64,000 nt of DNA from Planctomycetota bacterium (GTDB lineage: Bacteria > Planctomycetota > UBA11346): positions 32,001 to 96,000 of the forward strand of contig JBBRLJ010000004.1 in the NCBI GenBank assembly GCA_038231435.1, written 5' to 3'. The notes under the pieces are model-generated. The model was not told where the DNA came from. It was given only the letters and a program-made list of their open reading frames with translations, and made no database searches. This document shows, in pieces, positions 30,721 to 39,044 of this stretch. Both the position numbers and the translations under genes were made by a program. Numbering within the stretch: position 1 is the first letter of the stretch; the number at the start of each line of letters is the position of its first letter.

Positions 30721-31544
30721 TCTTCCCCCTCTCCCTCCTCTGCCGGCTCGACCGAAGCGGCGATCATGGTCCGCGTCCATTCGCGCACAACGCCGCCAGC
30801 GCCGGCGAGGAAGACGCCGGCGCCGCAGAGATAAATGCCGACGGTGAGGGTGAGCGCCAGGCGCCGCGCCGCGCGCGTCGTTGCAGCCTGGTGATGTTCC
30901 GCCAGGCTGCGGCAGTGGCGTTCGGCATCGGCGGTTCCGAGCAGCGGCGCGACACGCGCCAGATCGCGACCCAAGAGCGGCAGGGCATCGGCCTCGGTCA
31001 ACCGCCAGCGCGCGGCGAGCGCGGCCCGCCGGTACATGCCGGCAAGCGCGATGTGCGATGCCCACGCTCCCAACCAGCCGATGCGCTCGGCGAATTCCGG
31101 CGAGCGCAGCGCGAGCATCGGCAGCAGGGCCAGCGCCAGGCCCGGAGGCAGCGCCCAGAGCCAGGCCCAGGCGAGCGGTTGGTGCAGGCAGGTCGCGACC
31201 ACCACCACCGCGCCGATCATCGCCGCCAAGCTCAGCAGCGGATACGCGAGCACGTCGATCAGCAGCGCCCGGCGCTCGCGACGCGCACGCGTCAGCTCGA
31301 CGACCAGCAGAGCCGCCTGTTCGAGCGGCGGCTCGGCGCCCGAGATCAGGTCGAGGTGATCCGGCGGCAGCAGGCCGGCGAACGCCGCCCGCAGCCCGTC
31401 ACCGCGATCGAGCGCCGCGGCGATCGCCTCGGCGCCCGCCAGGCCGCTCGCGCGCAGGCCGGCCGGCAGCGGCTCGCGACGGCGTGCCAGCGTGGCGACC
31501 TCGGCCAACAGGGCTTCGACGTCAGTTGTCAAGGGAATCGCCAT
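30690..31544 (-). CDS. Divergent GspF/PilC-like membrane protein (copy 3)
   Basis: EVATLARRREPLPAGL...LDRGDGL and LAYPLL TM pattern typical of T2SSF domains; the C-terminus reads into the repeat. Confidence 0.6.
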   Translation of the reverse strand: MAIPLTTDVEALLAEVATLARRREPLPAGLRASGLAGAEAIAAALDRGDGLRAAFAGLLPPDHLDLISGAEPPLEQAALLVVELTRARRERRALLIDVLAYPLLSLAAMIGAVVVVATCLHQPLAWAWLWALPPGLALALLPMLALRSPEFAERIGWLGAWASHIALAGMYRRAALAARWRLTEADALPLLGRDLARVAPLLGTADAERHCRSLAEHHQAATTRAARRLALTLTVGIYLCGAGVFLAGAGGVVREWTRTMIAASVEPAEEGEGEEERRKIEDRR

Positions 31545-31911
31545 GGGAACCGCCATGAGAAGCGCCAAAGACTCGGACGGCGGCTGGCGCACCGGAACGC
31601 GATCCGCCCTCTGCGGGCGACCAGCGATCGCGGCCGTGGTCGATGACATACACGCCGGTCGGACCCTCCGCCGCCAACCGCTGCGCATCGTCGCCGCTAC
31701 CCCGAGACACCGTCCAGGTGCCCACGCGCACGGACGCTCCGGGCTGCAATGCCGCCGCGCCCATCGCGAGCTCGCGCGCCGCCAGACGCCGCGCCCTGGC
31801 GCCGCTATCGGCGAGCCGACGCGCGTGCCCCGCGATGTCGCCCATCAGCAGCATCAGTGAGATGCCGAGGACGATGATGACCACCAGCAGGCTCGAGCCG
31901 CGGCGGGTCAT
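31522..31911 (-). CDS. Pilin-like protein lacking Glu5 (GspK/PilX-like)
   Basis: MTRRG|SSLLVVIIVLGISLMLL class III signal-like N-terminus. Confidence 0.6.
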   Translation of the reverse strand: MTRRGSSLLVVIIVLGISLMLLMGDIAGHARRLADSGARARRLAARELAMGAAALQPGASVRVGTWTVSRGSGDDAQRLAAEGPTGVYVIDHGRDRWSPAEGGSRSGAPAAVRVFGASHGGSHGDSLDN

Positions 31912-32351
31912 GGAGCGGCTCCGGGATGGACCTGGATGATCCGCGGCGGAGTCGCGCGCGTGCCGGCGCTTGCACTTGCGCGTGCGCGCGAGGCGATCTC
32001 GACCACCGCAGCCCCGTCCGGCAGGATGCGCCAGGCGACGGTGCAGCCGGTGAGCTCGTGCGCACCGTTGCGCGTCAACCAGGATCCGTCCATGCGCCAG
32101 CGAGCGCCGCCAGCGATCAGCGTGCTTCCGTCGATCGACGCTCCAGGCGCCAGGTCGCGTCGCAGGCGGTCGCAGACCATGTCGAGGATGACACCGTGAT
32201 CGCTCAGCGCGCTGCTCGGGCCGAGTTCGCGCACCATCATCATCAGCGCGCGTTGCGATAGGGCGAGGAACGCGGTGAGCACGAGGATCGAGCAGGCCAC
32301 CTCGATGAGGGTGAATGCGGACCTGGAACGTGGAACCGACGCGTCGCTCAC
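31908..32351 (-). CDS. Prepilin-type N-methylation domain protein (GspJ/PilW-like)
   Basis: RSA|FTLIEVACSILVL; later DRLRRDL motif. Confidence 0.8.
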   Translation of the reverse strand: MSDASVPRSRSAFTLIEVACSILVLTAFLALSQRALMMMVRELGPSSALSDHGVILDMVCDRLRRDLAPGASIDGSTLIAGGARWRMDGSWLTRNGAHELTGCTVAWRILPDGAAVVEIASRARASASAGTRATPPRIIQVHPGAAP

Positions 32352-32713
32352 GGCGGGGCCTGGCCAGGTGCGCCGTGACGATCTTCGGCGTGATTCCGTT
32401 CGTCGGCGGCGATGCGGCGCAACGTCGCGAGCTGGATGCGCTGATGCGCGCGCGCGGGCCCGTGCACCGTCACCAGCTCGATGCCGTCGCCCGCGGCGGC
32501 GCGCTCGATGCTCCAGCCGGCGGGAATTCCCGGTTCGTCACCATGGCGCAGCGAGTCGAGCAGGTTCTGCGCGGTCTCGAGCTCGGCCATCGCCCGCTCG
32601 AGCGCGAGCACGTCCCGATGCTCGCGCGCGGCGAGCGCCACCATCCCAGCGATCATCGCGGCGCCGGCGAGCGCGGCCGCCATCTCGACCAGCAGCGAGG
32701 CGCGCCGGCTCAT
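32348..32713 (-). CDS. Pilin-like protein (GspI/PilV-like)
   Basis: MSRRA|SLLVEMAAAL with Glu5; AQNLLDSLR helix. Confidence 0.65.
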   Translation of the reverse strand: MSRRASLLVEMAAALAGAAMIAGMVALAAREHRDVLALERAMAELETAQNLLDSLRHGDEPGIPAGWSIERAAAGDGIELVTVHGPARAHQRIQLATLRRIAADERNHAEDRHGAPGQAPP

Positions 32714-33807
32714 GTCGACTGCTCAGCGAGGACCGCGATCAGGTCGATGAGCACTCCGAACAGAGCCGTGCAGATCCAGAAAACCGCGCCAGCCAGAGCG
32801 AGCGGGACCAATACCGTGCGCGCGACCCGCCACGCCGACTCGACGCGCGCCTGCCGCCACCGATCGCTCTCCACGGCCGCCGTCAGCGCCGCGGGCGTCG
32901 TGGCGATCCAGCCGCAGGCCCGGCAGAGCAGGGTGAAGTCCCCCGAGCGCGCAGCTTCCGCCAATGCCTGCGAGGTAGGCAAGGCCGGCTGGAGATCGTG
33001 CGCGAGAGCGGCCTCGGCGCGACCGCAGGCGATGCCCGCCAGGATCACGCGCGCGCGATCCTGGCGCTGCCGTCGACGCCAATGCCAGCGCGAGGCGAGC
33101 GCCAGCGACATCACCACCATCGGCAGCGCTACGAGCAGCACCAACCACCACCATGCATCGATGAAACCCACGACACTGACCAGGGCGTGGAAACGCGCAG
33201 GCTCCGGAATGCCCAAGTCCCGCATGATCGCTTCCCATTTCGGCACGATCAGCGCCGCGATCGCCCGCGCGATCAGCACCATCGCGATCACGATGCTGAT
33301 CGAGAAGGCACCGGTGCGGGTCCAGTCGGTGCTCTGGCGGCGTTCAGCCAGCCCAGCGAGCCAGCCCGCGAGCGCCGCGGGCCCGACCGCCTCGGCCGCG
33401 ATCCCGGTGCCTTGGCATGCCTCTGGCAATACCCGGTACTCGACCGCAGCGCGCACCAGGCTGGTGGCTTGTCCGCTCTCCAGGACGCGCGCGCAGGCGC
33501 GCAGGCGGAATGGATATGGCCAGCGCAAGCGCGACTGCATCGACAGCAGCGCCGCCGAGGTGGCTGCACCATCGCGCACCGCACGGGCGAGGGCGCCAGC
33601 CACCACCTGCACCGCCCCACGCGCAGCCTGGGGCAGGAAGATCAACCGGACGATCGCCCACGTCGCTTGGAGAGCCACCAACGCGAGCAACGCCACGCCG
33701 ACCAGCACGCCCAGCGGCGCCGCTCGTTCCGGCAGGCCATGCCCCCAGTCCTTTGCCACCGCGTAGACATCCGCGCACGCCTGCTCCAAGCCATCCATGT
33801 CGAACAT
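32710..33807 (-). CDS. Divergent GspF/PilC-like membrane protein (copy 2)
   Basis: LARAVRDG...VLESG and IVPKWEAIMRDLGIPEP (PilC-like IVP.F..I...G..LP); TGATG overlap with copy 1. Confidence 0.68.
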   Translation of the reverse strand: MFDMDGLEQACADVYAVAKDWGHGLPERAAPLGVLVGVALLALVALQATWAIVRLIFLPQAARGAVQVVAGALARAVRDGAATSAALLSMQSRLRWPYPFRLRACARVLESGQATSLVRAAVEYRVLPEACQGTGIAAEAVGPAALAGWLAGLAERRQSTDWTRTGAFSISIVIAMVLIARAIAALIVPKWEAIMRDLGIPEPARFHALVSVVGFIDAWWWLVLLVALPMVVMSLALASRWHWRRRQRQDRARVILAGIACGRAEAALAHDLQPALPTSQALAEAARSGDFTLLCRACGWIATTPAALTAAVESDRWRQARVESAWRVARTVLVPLALAGAVFWICTALFGVLIDLIAVLAEQST

Positions 33808-34823
33808 CAGATGCTCTGCCCGAACAAACGGAGGAGGGCGACCATGGGAAACAGGAACCACATGGTCCAGCCGAGGATCGCCACCACGAACAGCGTCACC
33901 AACACCAGCGGCCGGGCTGCCGCTAGTGCGCCAATGAATCGCTTCCTGGCTTCATCGTCTCCGTCGGGGGCATCCGGATCCCAACCCACCGCCAGCGAGC
34001 GCTGGCGCAGATCCGGCATCCTGCGCAGCAGGCGCCTATCGGCCGAGCGCAAGCGGAAGCGAGTGAGGAACATCCAGGTGCGCCAGTCCACGTCCCACGC
34101 GGGGCGGTGGGAGCGCACGCCTAGTCCCACCCACCACAATACCCAGCGTACCGGACTGATCGCGCGAGGCTCGTGCACGGCGATGCGCGCGGCGCGCGCC
34201 AGTCGCGCGGCCGCGGCGGCGCGATGGACTTCGGGACACCACAGGTGCAGCACATGGCGCAGCGGCCGGATCTCAGACAGCACCCACACCACGAGGATGC
34301 TCGCCAGCAGCACGCACGCGGCATCAGCCGGCATCTGCCACAGCGGCCTGAAGAACACATTCACGGTTTCGGGAACGGTGATGCCCATGTCCCTGAGGAT
34401 GGACTCCAGCGCGTGGCCCAGCGACACGCGCACCGCGAACGAGAACACGCATGCCGGCAGCAGCGCGGCCGCAGTCAGCCACACCGGCAGCCAGCGGACG
34501 AGGGCATAGCCAGGCGTGGGATCGTTCTCGCCGTCGGCTATGCGTGCGAGGATGTGTGCCATCTCGGCCGGATCGAGCGCCGTGTCGAGGTCTATGGCCT
34601 CGGACTTGCCGATCATCCGGCATGCTCGCAGCGCCGCACCCAAACGCTCTCCATTGCGCAGGCGCGGCGCCAGGACGCGCGCGCAGCGGCGCAGGGCAGG
34701 ATCGTCGGTGGCCAATCGCTCGATGCCCTCGGGCAGGGATTCACCAGCGTCGACCAGCATCGCCAGCGCGTGCAAGGCATCGCCGCGCCGCGCGCCGAGG
34801 ATGGCAGCGATTACGAAGACCAC
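33807..34823 (-). CDS. Divergent GspF/PilC-like membrane protein (copy 1)
   Basis: LAMLVDAGESLPEGIE...LRNGERLGAAL, ILRDMGITVP and C-terminal LFPMVALL; start uncertain. Confidence 0.7.
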   Translation of the reverse strand: MVFVIAAILGARRGDALHALAMLVDAGESLPEGIERLATDDPALRRCARVLAPRLRNGERLGAALRACRMIGKSEAIDLDTALDPAEMAHILARIADGENDPTPGYALVRWLPVWLTAAALLPACVFSFAVRVSLGHALESILRDMGITVPETVNVFFRPLWQMPADAACVLLASILVVWVLSEIRPLRHVLHLWCPEVHRAAAAARLARAARIAVHEPRAISPVRWVLWWVGLGVRSHRPAWDVDWRTWMFLTRFRLRSADRRLLRRMPDLRQRSLAVGWDPDAPDGDDEARKRFIGALAAARPLVLVTLFVVAILGWTMWFLFPMVALLRLFGQSI

Positions 34824-34848
34824 GGGCGAGCGATCAGGGATCGAGACA

Positions 34849-35229
34849 TCATCTTCCAGGGATACCCTGGCGCAGGATGTCGCGTTGCCTGGCCAGGCGG
34901 CCGTGAGCGTCGAAGCCGATGAGGTCGAAGCGCAGGCGGTAGCGCGCCAGTCCGTGAGCCCTCACCAAGGCGTTGGCCGCGGCGAGAGTGCGGTCGAGCT
35001 TGGCGCGGTCGATCGACAGCAGCGCATCCCCGGCCGCCGAGCGATGCCGGACCTCGACGATCAGCAGGGTACGCCAACGGCTGGCGACGATATCGAGCTC
35101 GCCGCCGCCGCCGATCCAGTTGCGAGCCACGATGCGCCAGCCGCGCAGCATGAGGTGGCGGCAGGCCCGGCGTTCTGCAGCGGCGCCCTCTTTTTGAGGA
35201 GCGCGGGGAGCGGTGGCGAAGCGCGGCAT
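34849..35229 (-). CDS. yraN: YraN family (UPF0102) PD-(D/E)xK endonuclease-like protein
   Basis: GAAAE..AC.HL...GWRIVARNW, GELDIVA, VEVR and RFDLI. Confidence 0.9.
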   Translation of the reverse strand: MPRFATAPRAPQKEGAAAERRACRHLMLRGWRIVARNWIGGGGELDIVASRWRTLLIVEVRHRSAAGDALLSIDRAKLDRTLAAANALVRAHGLARYRLRFDLIGFDAHGRLARQRDILRQGIPGR

Positions 35230-35291
35230 GCCGGATCACGCCTGAACGCGCCACGCCTGCAAGCCATTTGCGGCTCGAGCACCTGCTGCCT

Positions 35292-35329
35292 GGAAACGAA
35301 ACAACCGGGCCATGCGGCCCGGTTGTTTC
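35292..35329 (-). terminator. Rho-independent terminator downstream of rplS
   Basis: 14-bp perfect stem GAAACAACCGGGCC/GGCCCGGTTGTTTC with 4-nt loop; T-rich 3' side on the minus strand. Confidence 0.8.
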
Positions 35330-35373
35330 CTTGATGCGGACGCCGTTTCCGGCTACGCGCAACTCAGCTCAGC

Positions 35374-35766
35374 TCACTTCTGGGTGGCTGGAGCGGTGGT
35401 CTCGACTTCGTCGTTGGCCAGCAGCTCCTTCACCTTGGTCGCCTTGCCCACGCGCTTGCGCAGGTAGAAGAGCTTGGCGCGGCGGACGCGGCCGCGGCGG
35501 ACGACCTCGACCTTGGTGATGCGCGGGCTGTGGACCGGGAAGGTACGTTCGACGCCTTCGCCCGAGACTACGCGGCGGACCACGAAGGTGGCATTGATCT
35601 CGCCGTTGCCGCGCGAGCGCGCCATCACCGTTCCGTTGAACAGCTGGATGCGCTCCTTGTCGCCTTCCTTGATGCGCGTGTGCACGTTGACCGTGTCGCC
35701 GACCTCGAAGTCGCCGAGGGATTCCTTGCGCAGGTGGGCTTTGGTGACGGACTTGAGCAGTTCCAT
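35374..35766 (-). CDS. rplS: 50S ribosomal protein L19
   Basis: [29 protein letters not shown] and [12 protein letters not shown]. Confidence 0.98.
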   Translation of the reverse strand: MELLKSVTKAHLRKESLGDFEVGDTVNVHTRIKEGDKERIQLFNGTVMARSRGNGEINATFVVRRVVSGEGVERTFPVHSPRITKVEVVRRGRVRRAKLFYLRKRVGKATKVKELLANDEVETTAPATQK

Positions 35767-35906
35767 GACGCTTCTCTCGGTTGGGCTCGCGCGATGTGTG
35801 CGCGAGCGGCAGTTTCAGCCCGCTTCCGACGCGTGTCGCGCATGATGCCGAGGCACGATGCGAGGCGGCGCATGGTCGGGGGTCCGAGAGGATAGGAAGG
35901 TCGTGC

Positions 35907-36968
35907 TCAAGTCAACCCTGCGGCCGGTGCCACCACGGGCGTTGGGCGTGGCGGGGCATGCGTGCTGCCAGGCACTTGCGCCGCGGCGATGGCTGCCTCG
36001 GGGTGCCGCATGCGGTAGACGTGGACGAGCACGGCCACCACCACGGCGCCCACCGCGAGCTGCAGGCTGGTGGCCTGGCTGGTATCGATGTGGCCGTGGG
36101 GATCGGGCAGGCCGAGCAGGTTCGATGGAATCTTGTCGTCGCCGCGGAGGATCTCGTTGATGAAGCGCCAGATGCCATAGCCCATGGTTCCGAGGCACAG
36201 GACCTGGCCGTCGACGCGACGGTGCTTCCAGAATGCCCACAGGCCCACGCTCATCGTCACGCAGGCGATGGTCTCGTACAGCTGGGTCGGATGCACGTGC
36301 TCGACGCGGCCGTCGTGCTGGATGGTCACCGCCCAGGCCACGTCCGTCGGGTGGCCGTAGCAGCAGCCATTGAGGAAGCAGCCGATGCGGCCTACCCCGA
36401 GCCCGAGCAGCAAGGCCGGTGCCACGATGTCGCCCAGCGCGAGGATGCGCAGCCGCCGCCACCAGGCGTAGGCGAGGATGCCCAGGGTCGCGAGGACCAT
36501 GCCGCCATACCAGACCATGCCGCCGCGATCGAAATCGACCGCCAAGGCCACCACCGCCGACCAGGAGCGCTCGCCGCCCGCGGGATCGCGGGTGAATTCG
36601 TGCGGGCGTTCCCACACGTAGCGCGCGCGCGCGCCGATCATGCCGGCGACGATCGCGATCATGAACATGTCGAGCACGTAGCGTTCGGGGATGCCGATCG
36701 TGCGCGCGCGCCGGAACATCAGCCCATAGGCGGCCGTGAAGCCGAGCAGCAGCAGTACGCCGTAGGCGGCGAAATGCATCTCGCCCCGCCACTCGATGAA
36801 GCCCGCCAGGGCTCCCGCGGAGGCGACCGCAGCACCGATCGCGAGGCTCGCCCACAGGCGCCAACGTGCCCGTGGCAGAAACACCGAGGTCGCGATCGCC
36901 GCGATAGCTGCGACCACCAACCATTCGGTATGAACGAATGGGAAGACGAACGAGCCCGAGAGGTTCAT
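35907..36968 (-). CDS. lgt: Prolipoprotein diacylglyceryl transferase, with N-terminal TM extension
   Basis: YG, GAR..YV, GGMVWYGG, GRIGCFLNGCCYG, HPTQLYE and RFINE. Confidence 0.93.
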   Translation of the reverse strand: MNLSGSFVFPFVHTEWLVVAAIAAIATSVFLPRARWRLWASLAIGAAVASAGALAGFIEWRGEMHFAAYGVLLLLGFTAAYGLMFRRARTIGIPERYVLDMFMIAIVAGMIGARARYVWERPHEFTRDPAGGERSWSAVVALAVDFDRGGMVWYGGMVLATLGILAYAWWRRLRILALGDIVAPALLLGLGVGRIGCFLNGCCYGHPTDVAWAVTIQHDGRVEHVHPTQLYETIACVTMSVGLWAFWKHRRVDGQVLCLGTMGYGIWRFINEILRGDDKIPSNLLGLPDPHGHIDTSQATSLQLAVGAVVVAVLVHVYRMRHPEAAIAAAQVPGSTHAPPRPTPVVAPAAGLT

Positions 36969-36981
36969 CCGGGCGTGGTTC

Positions 36982-37893
36982 TCAGAACGGAGGTCCGGGA
37001 GGTGCGCCGAGATCGCCAGGCGCGCCGAGCGTCTGATTCATCACGTCGTTGGTGATCTGGGTGTCGATGCCGTGGGCGATCGAGTCCGCGACCTTGTCAG
37101 CGATGTCGTCGACCACCACGCCCGTGACCGGCCCGCCATCCGGTCCGCCGTTGAAGGCCAGGGCATCGATGTCCGCCTGCGCCTCATCGACGTCCCAGCC
37201 ACCACCGCCGGGGCCAGCGGGCGCGAGGCCCTTCTCCTGGATGGAGGACGTCGAGCCACCGAGCTGCGGCCGGCTCGACAGCGCGTCGATCGAACCGATG
37301 CCATTGGGGCCGCCGCCGACCCCCTGTCGGGCGACCAAGTCGGCATGATCGTTGGCGCCGGCGGCCATGGCCTCGGCCACCTCGTGGCGCAGGCCGACGC
37401 TGAGCTTGCCCTGCACGAGCGCGACGTAGTCGGTATCGCGCTTCACCCGCTCGACGACGAACAGGGTGCCGGTCACGCGTACGTCGAGGGCCGAGCCGAG
37501 GACGTGCACATCCTCGTAGCCGCCCTTGTTCCCGATCTTCACCTGCACCGCGCCCGCATCGAGGCAGATGACCAGGCTGGTGCCGCCGCCTGGCGCCGGA
37601 CGTCGCTGCAGGTGGACCTCGCTGTTGGGATTGAGGATGAGATTGCTGCCCGGCGCGTCCTCGAGCACGATCTGCGCGAGCCCAGAGCCCGAACGCACGT
37701 GCTGGTCGGCGACCAGGGCAACCGCGCCCTTGACGCCCTCACCAAAGCTTTCCGTCCCGAGGACATCCTTGGTCTCGACCGCGGCCGCGGTGGCGGCTGG
37801 CAGCACCGACAATGCGAGCAAGGCGAGCAGCGGCGACAGGAGTCGCGGTGGCGCGAACATCTGGACGGAGATGCGCATGGCGAATCCTTTCAT
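36982..37893 (-). CDS. Exported FecR-domain protein
   Basis: Signal peptide; GSNLILNPNSEV, LDAGAV, VTGTLFVV and LVQGKLSV; GAAGGA SD. Confidence 0.8.
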   Translation of the reverse strand: MKGFAMRISVQMFAPPRLLSPLLALLALSVLPAATAAAVETKDVLGTESFGEGVKGAVALVADQHVRSGSGLAQIVLEDAPGSNLILNPNSEVHLQRRPAPGGGTSLVICLDAGAVQVKIGNKGGYEDVHVLGSALDVRVTGTLFVVERVKRDTDYVALVQGKLSVGLRHEVAEAMAAGANDHADLVARQGVGGGPNGIGSIDALSSRPQLGGSTSSIQEKGLAPAGPGGGGWDVDEAQADIDALAFNGGPDGGPVTGVVVDDIADKVADSIAHGIDTQITNDVMNQTLGAPGDLGAPPGPPF

Positions 37894-37952
37894 GGCGTTC
37901 CTTCGCTCGACGTTCCCGACGTTCGCGATGGCCGCGATGGCCGAGGACGTGC

Positions 37953-39044
37953 TCACCACGTCGCACCCAGGCGCAGGCCGATCTGGTAGCGTGTGTATTC
38001 GTTGGCGGGCAGGTTGGAGCCACGGCGCGCCACGCCGGCGTAGATGCCGGCGGTCGCGTTCGCGCACACCCAGGCGTCGCATCCGCCGCTGATGCCCAGG
38101 ATGTCCTGCTTTTCCGTGATTCCGGAGAACGATTTGAACTGCCTGAACTCGTACTGCGCCGAGCCGCTCAGGTCGTAAGTGCCCAGGCGTTGGCCCGAGC
38201 CGATGCGCCACAGCGCGGCGACGCTGGGCGTGATCCCGCGGTAGCTCTCGAAATCGGCGTTCGCCGCATACGAGGACACGCCCAGTCCGGCCTCGATGCG
38301 GCGATGGATGTCGCGCCGCTCGATGAGGAACCAGTGCCGGTAGCCGAGCTCGAGCAACGTGCCGGTCTTGTTGTCGTCGAGCGGATAGACCAGCCGCTCC
38401 CCACCCAGGAGCACGACGTCGACGTGCTCGAAGGACGGCGCGATGCGCGATGCGAAGAGATCGAGGTTGATCGCGTCCGCGGCGTTGCGCCGGTCGAGGT
38501 CGTAGTGGTTGTAGCCGACGATGAAGCCTGGATCCCACGACTCGACGCGCTGGTGCCCCATCAACTGGGCTCCGATGCGCAGCAGTTCGGCCTCGGGATG
38601 GCCGGAGTACTCGTGGGCGCCGACCGAGACGGTCGCGCTCAGACGCCGGGCGTGGCCCGATGCCACGGTCAGCCCCTTGCCCTCGGCGTCGATCAGGCGC
38701 GCGGTGCCCTTCACGTCGAGGCCGAGCGAGGCGCCCTGCTTGTCGGAGCTCGAGGGATTGGTGTCAGGCTCGAGCAGGATGTTCGAGTCGTAGCCGATCG
38801 CGAGCGTGCCCGAGATCGAGTACCAGCGCGTGGCCGCGGGCGTTGCGCCCGGCGCGGCGGCTTGTCCCTGATCATGCCCCTGATCGGCTTGGACGCGGCT
38901 CTCGGCGGGAATGGTGGGATTGGTGGGCGGCGTCGCATCCTCGCCAGCGGCGAAGGGCGACAAGGCCAGCGCCCAGGCGAGCATCGGCAGGGATCGCCGT
39001 GCCGTTGCAGCGTTGCGGGGGCGGACGAGCGGATCGACAGTCAT
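37953..39044 (-). CDS. Outer-membrane beta-barrel protein (Slam/DUF560-like or related)
   Basis: Signal peptide, GYDSNI motif, alternating beta strands and C-terminal YQIGLRLGATW beta-signal. Confidence 0.8.
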   Translation of the reverse strand: MTVDPLVRPRNAATARRSLPMLAWALALSPFAAGEDATPPTNPTIPAESRVQADQGHDQGQAAAPGATPAATRWYSISGTLAIGYDSNILLEPDTNPSSSDKQGASLGLDVKGTARLIDAEGKGLTVASGHARRLSATVSVGAHEYSGHPEAELLRIGAQLMGHQRVESWDPGFIVGYNHYDLDRRNAADAINLDLFASRIAPSFEHVDVVLLGGERLVYPLDDNKTGTLLELGYRHWFLIERRDIHRRIEAGLGVSSYAANADFESYRGITPSVAALWRIGSGQRLGTYDLSGSAQYEFRQFKSFSGITEKQDILGISGGCDAWVCANATAGIYAGVARRGSNLPANEYTRYQIGLRLGATW

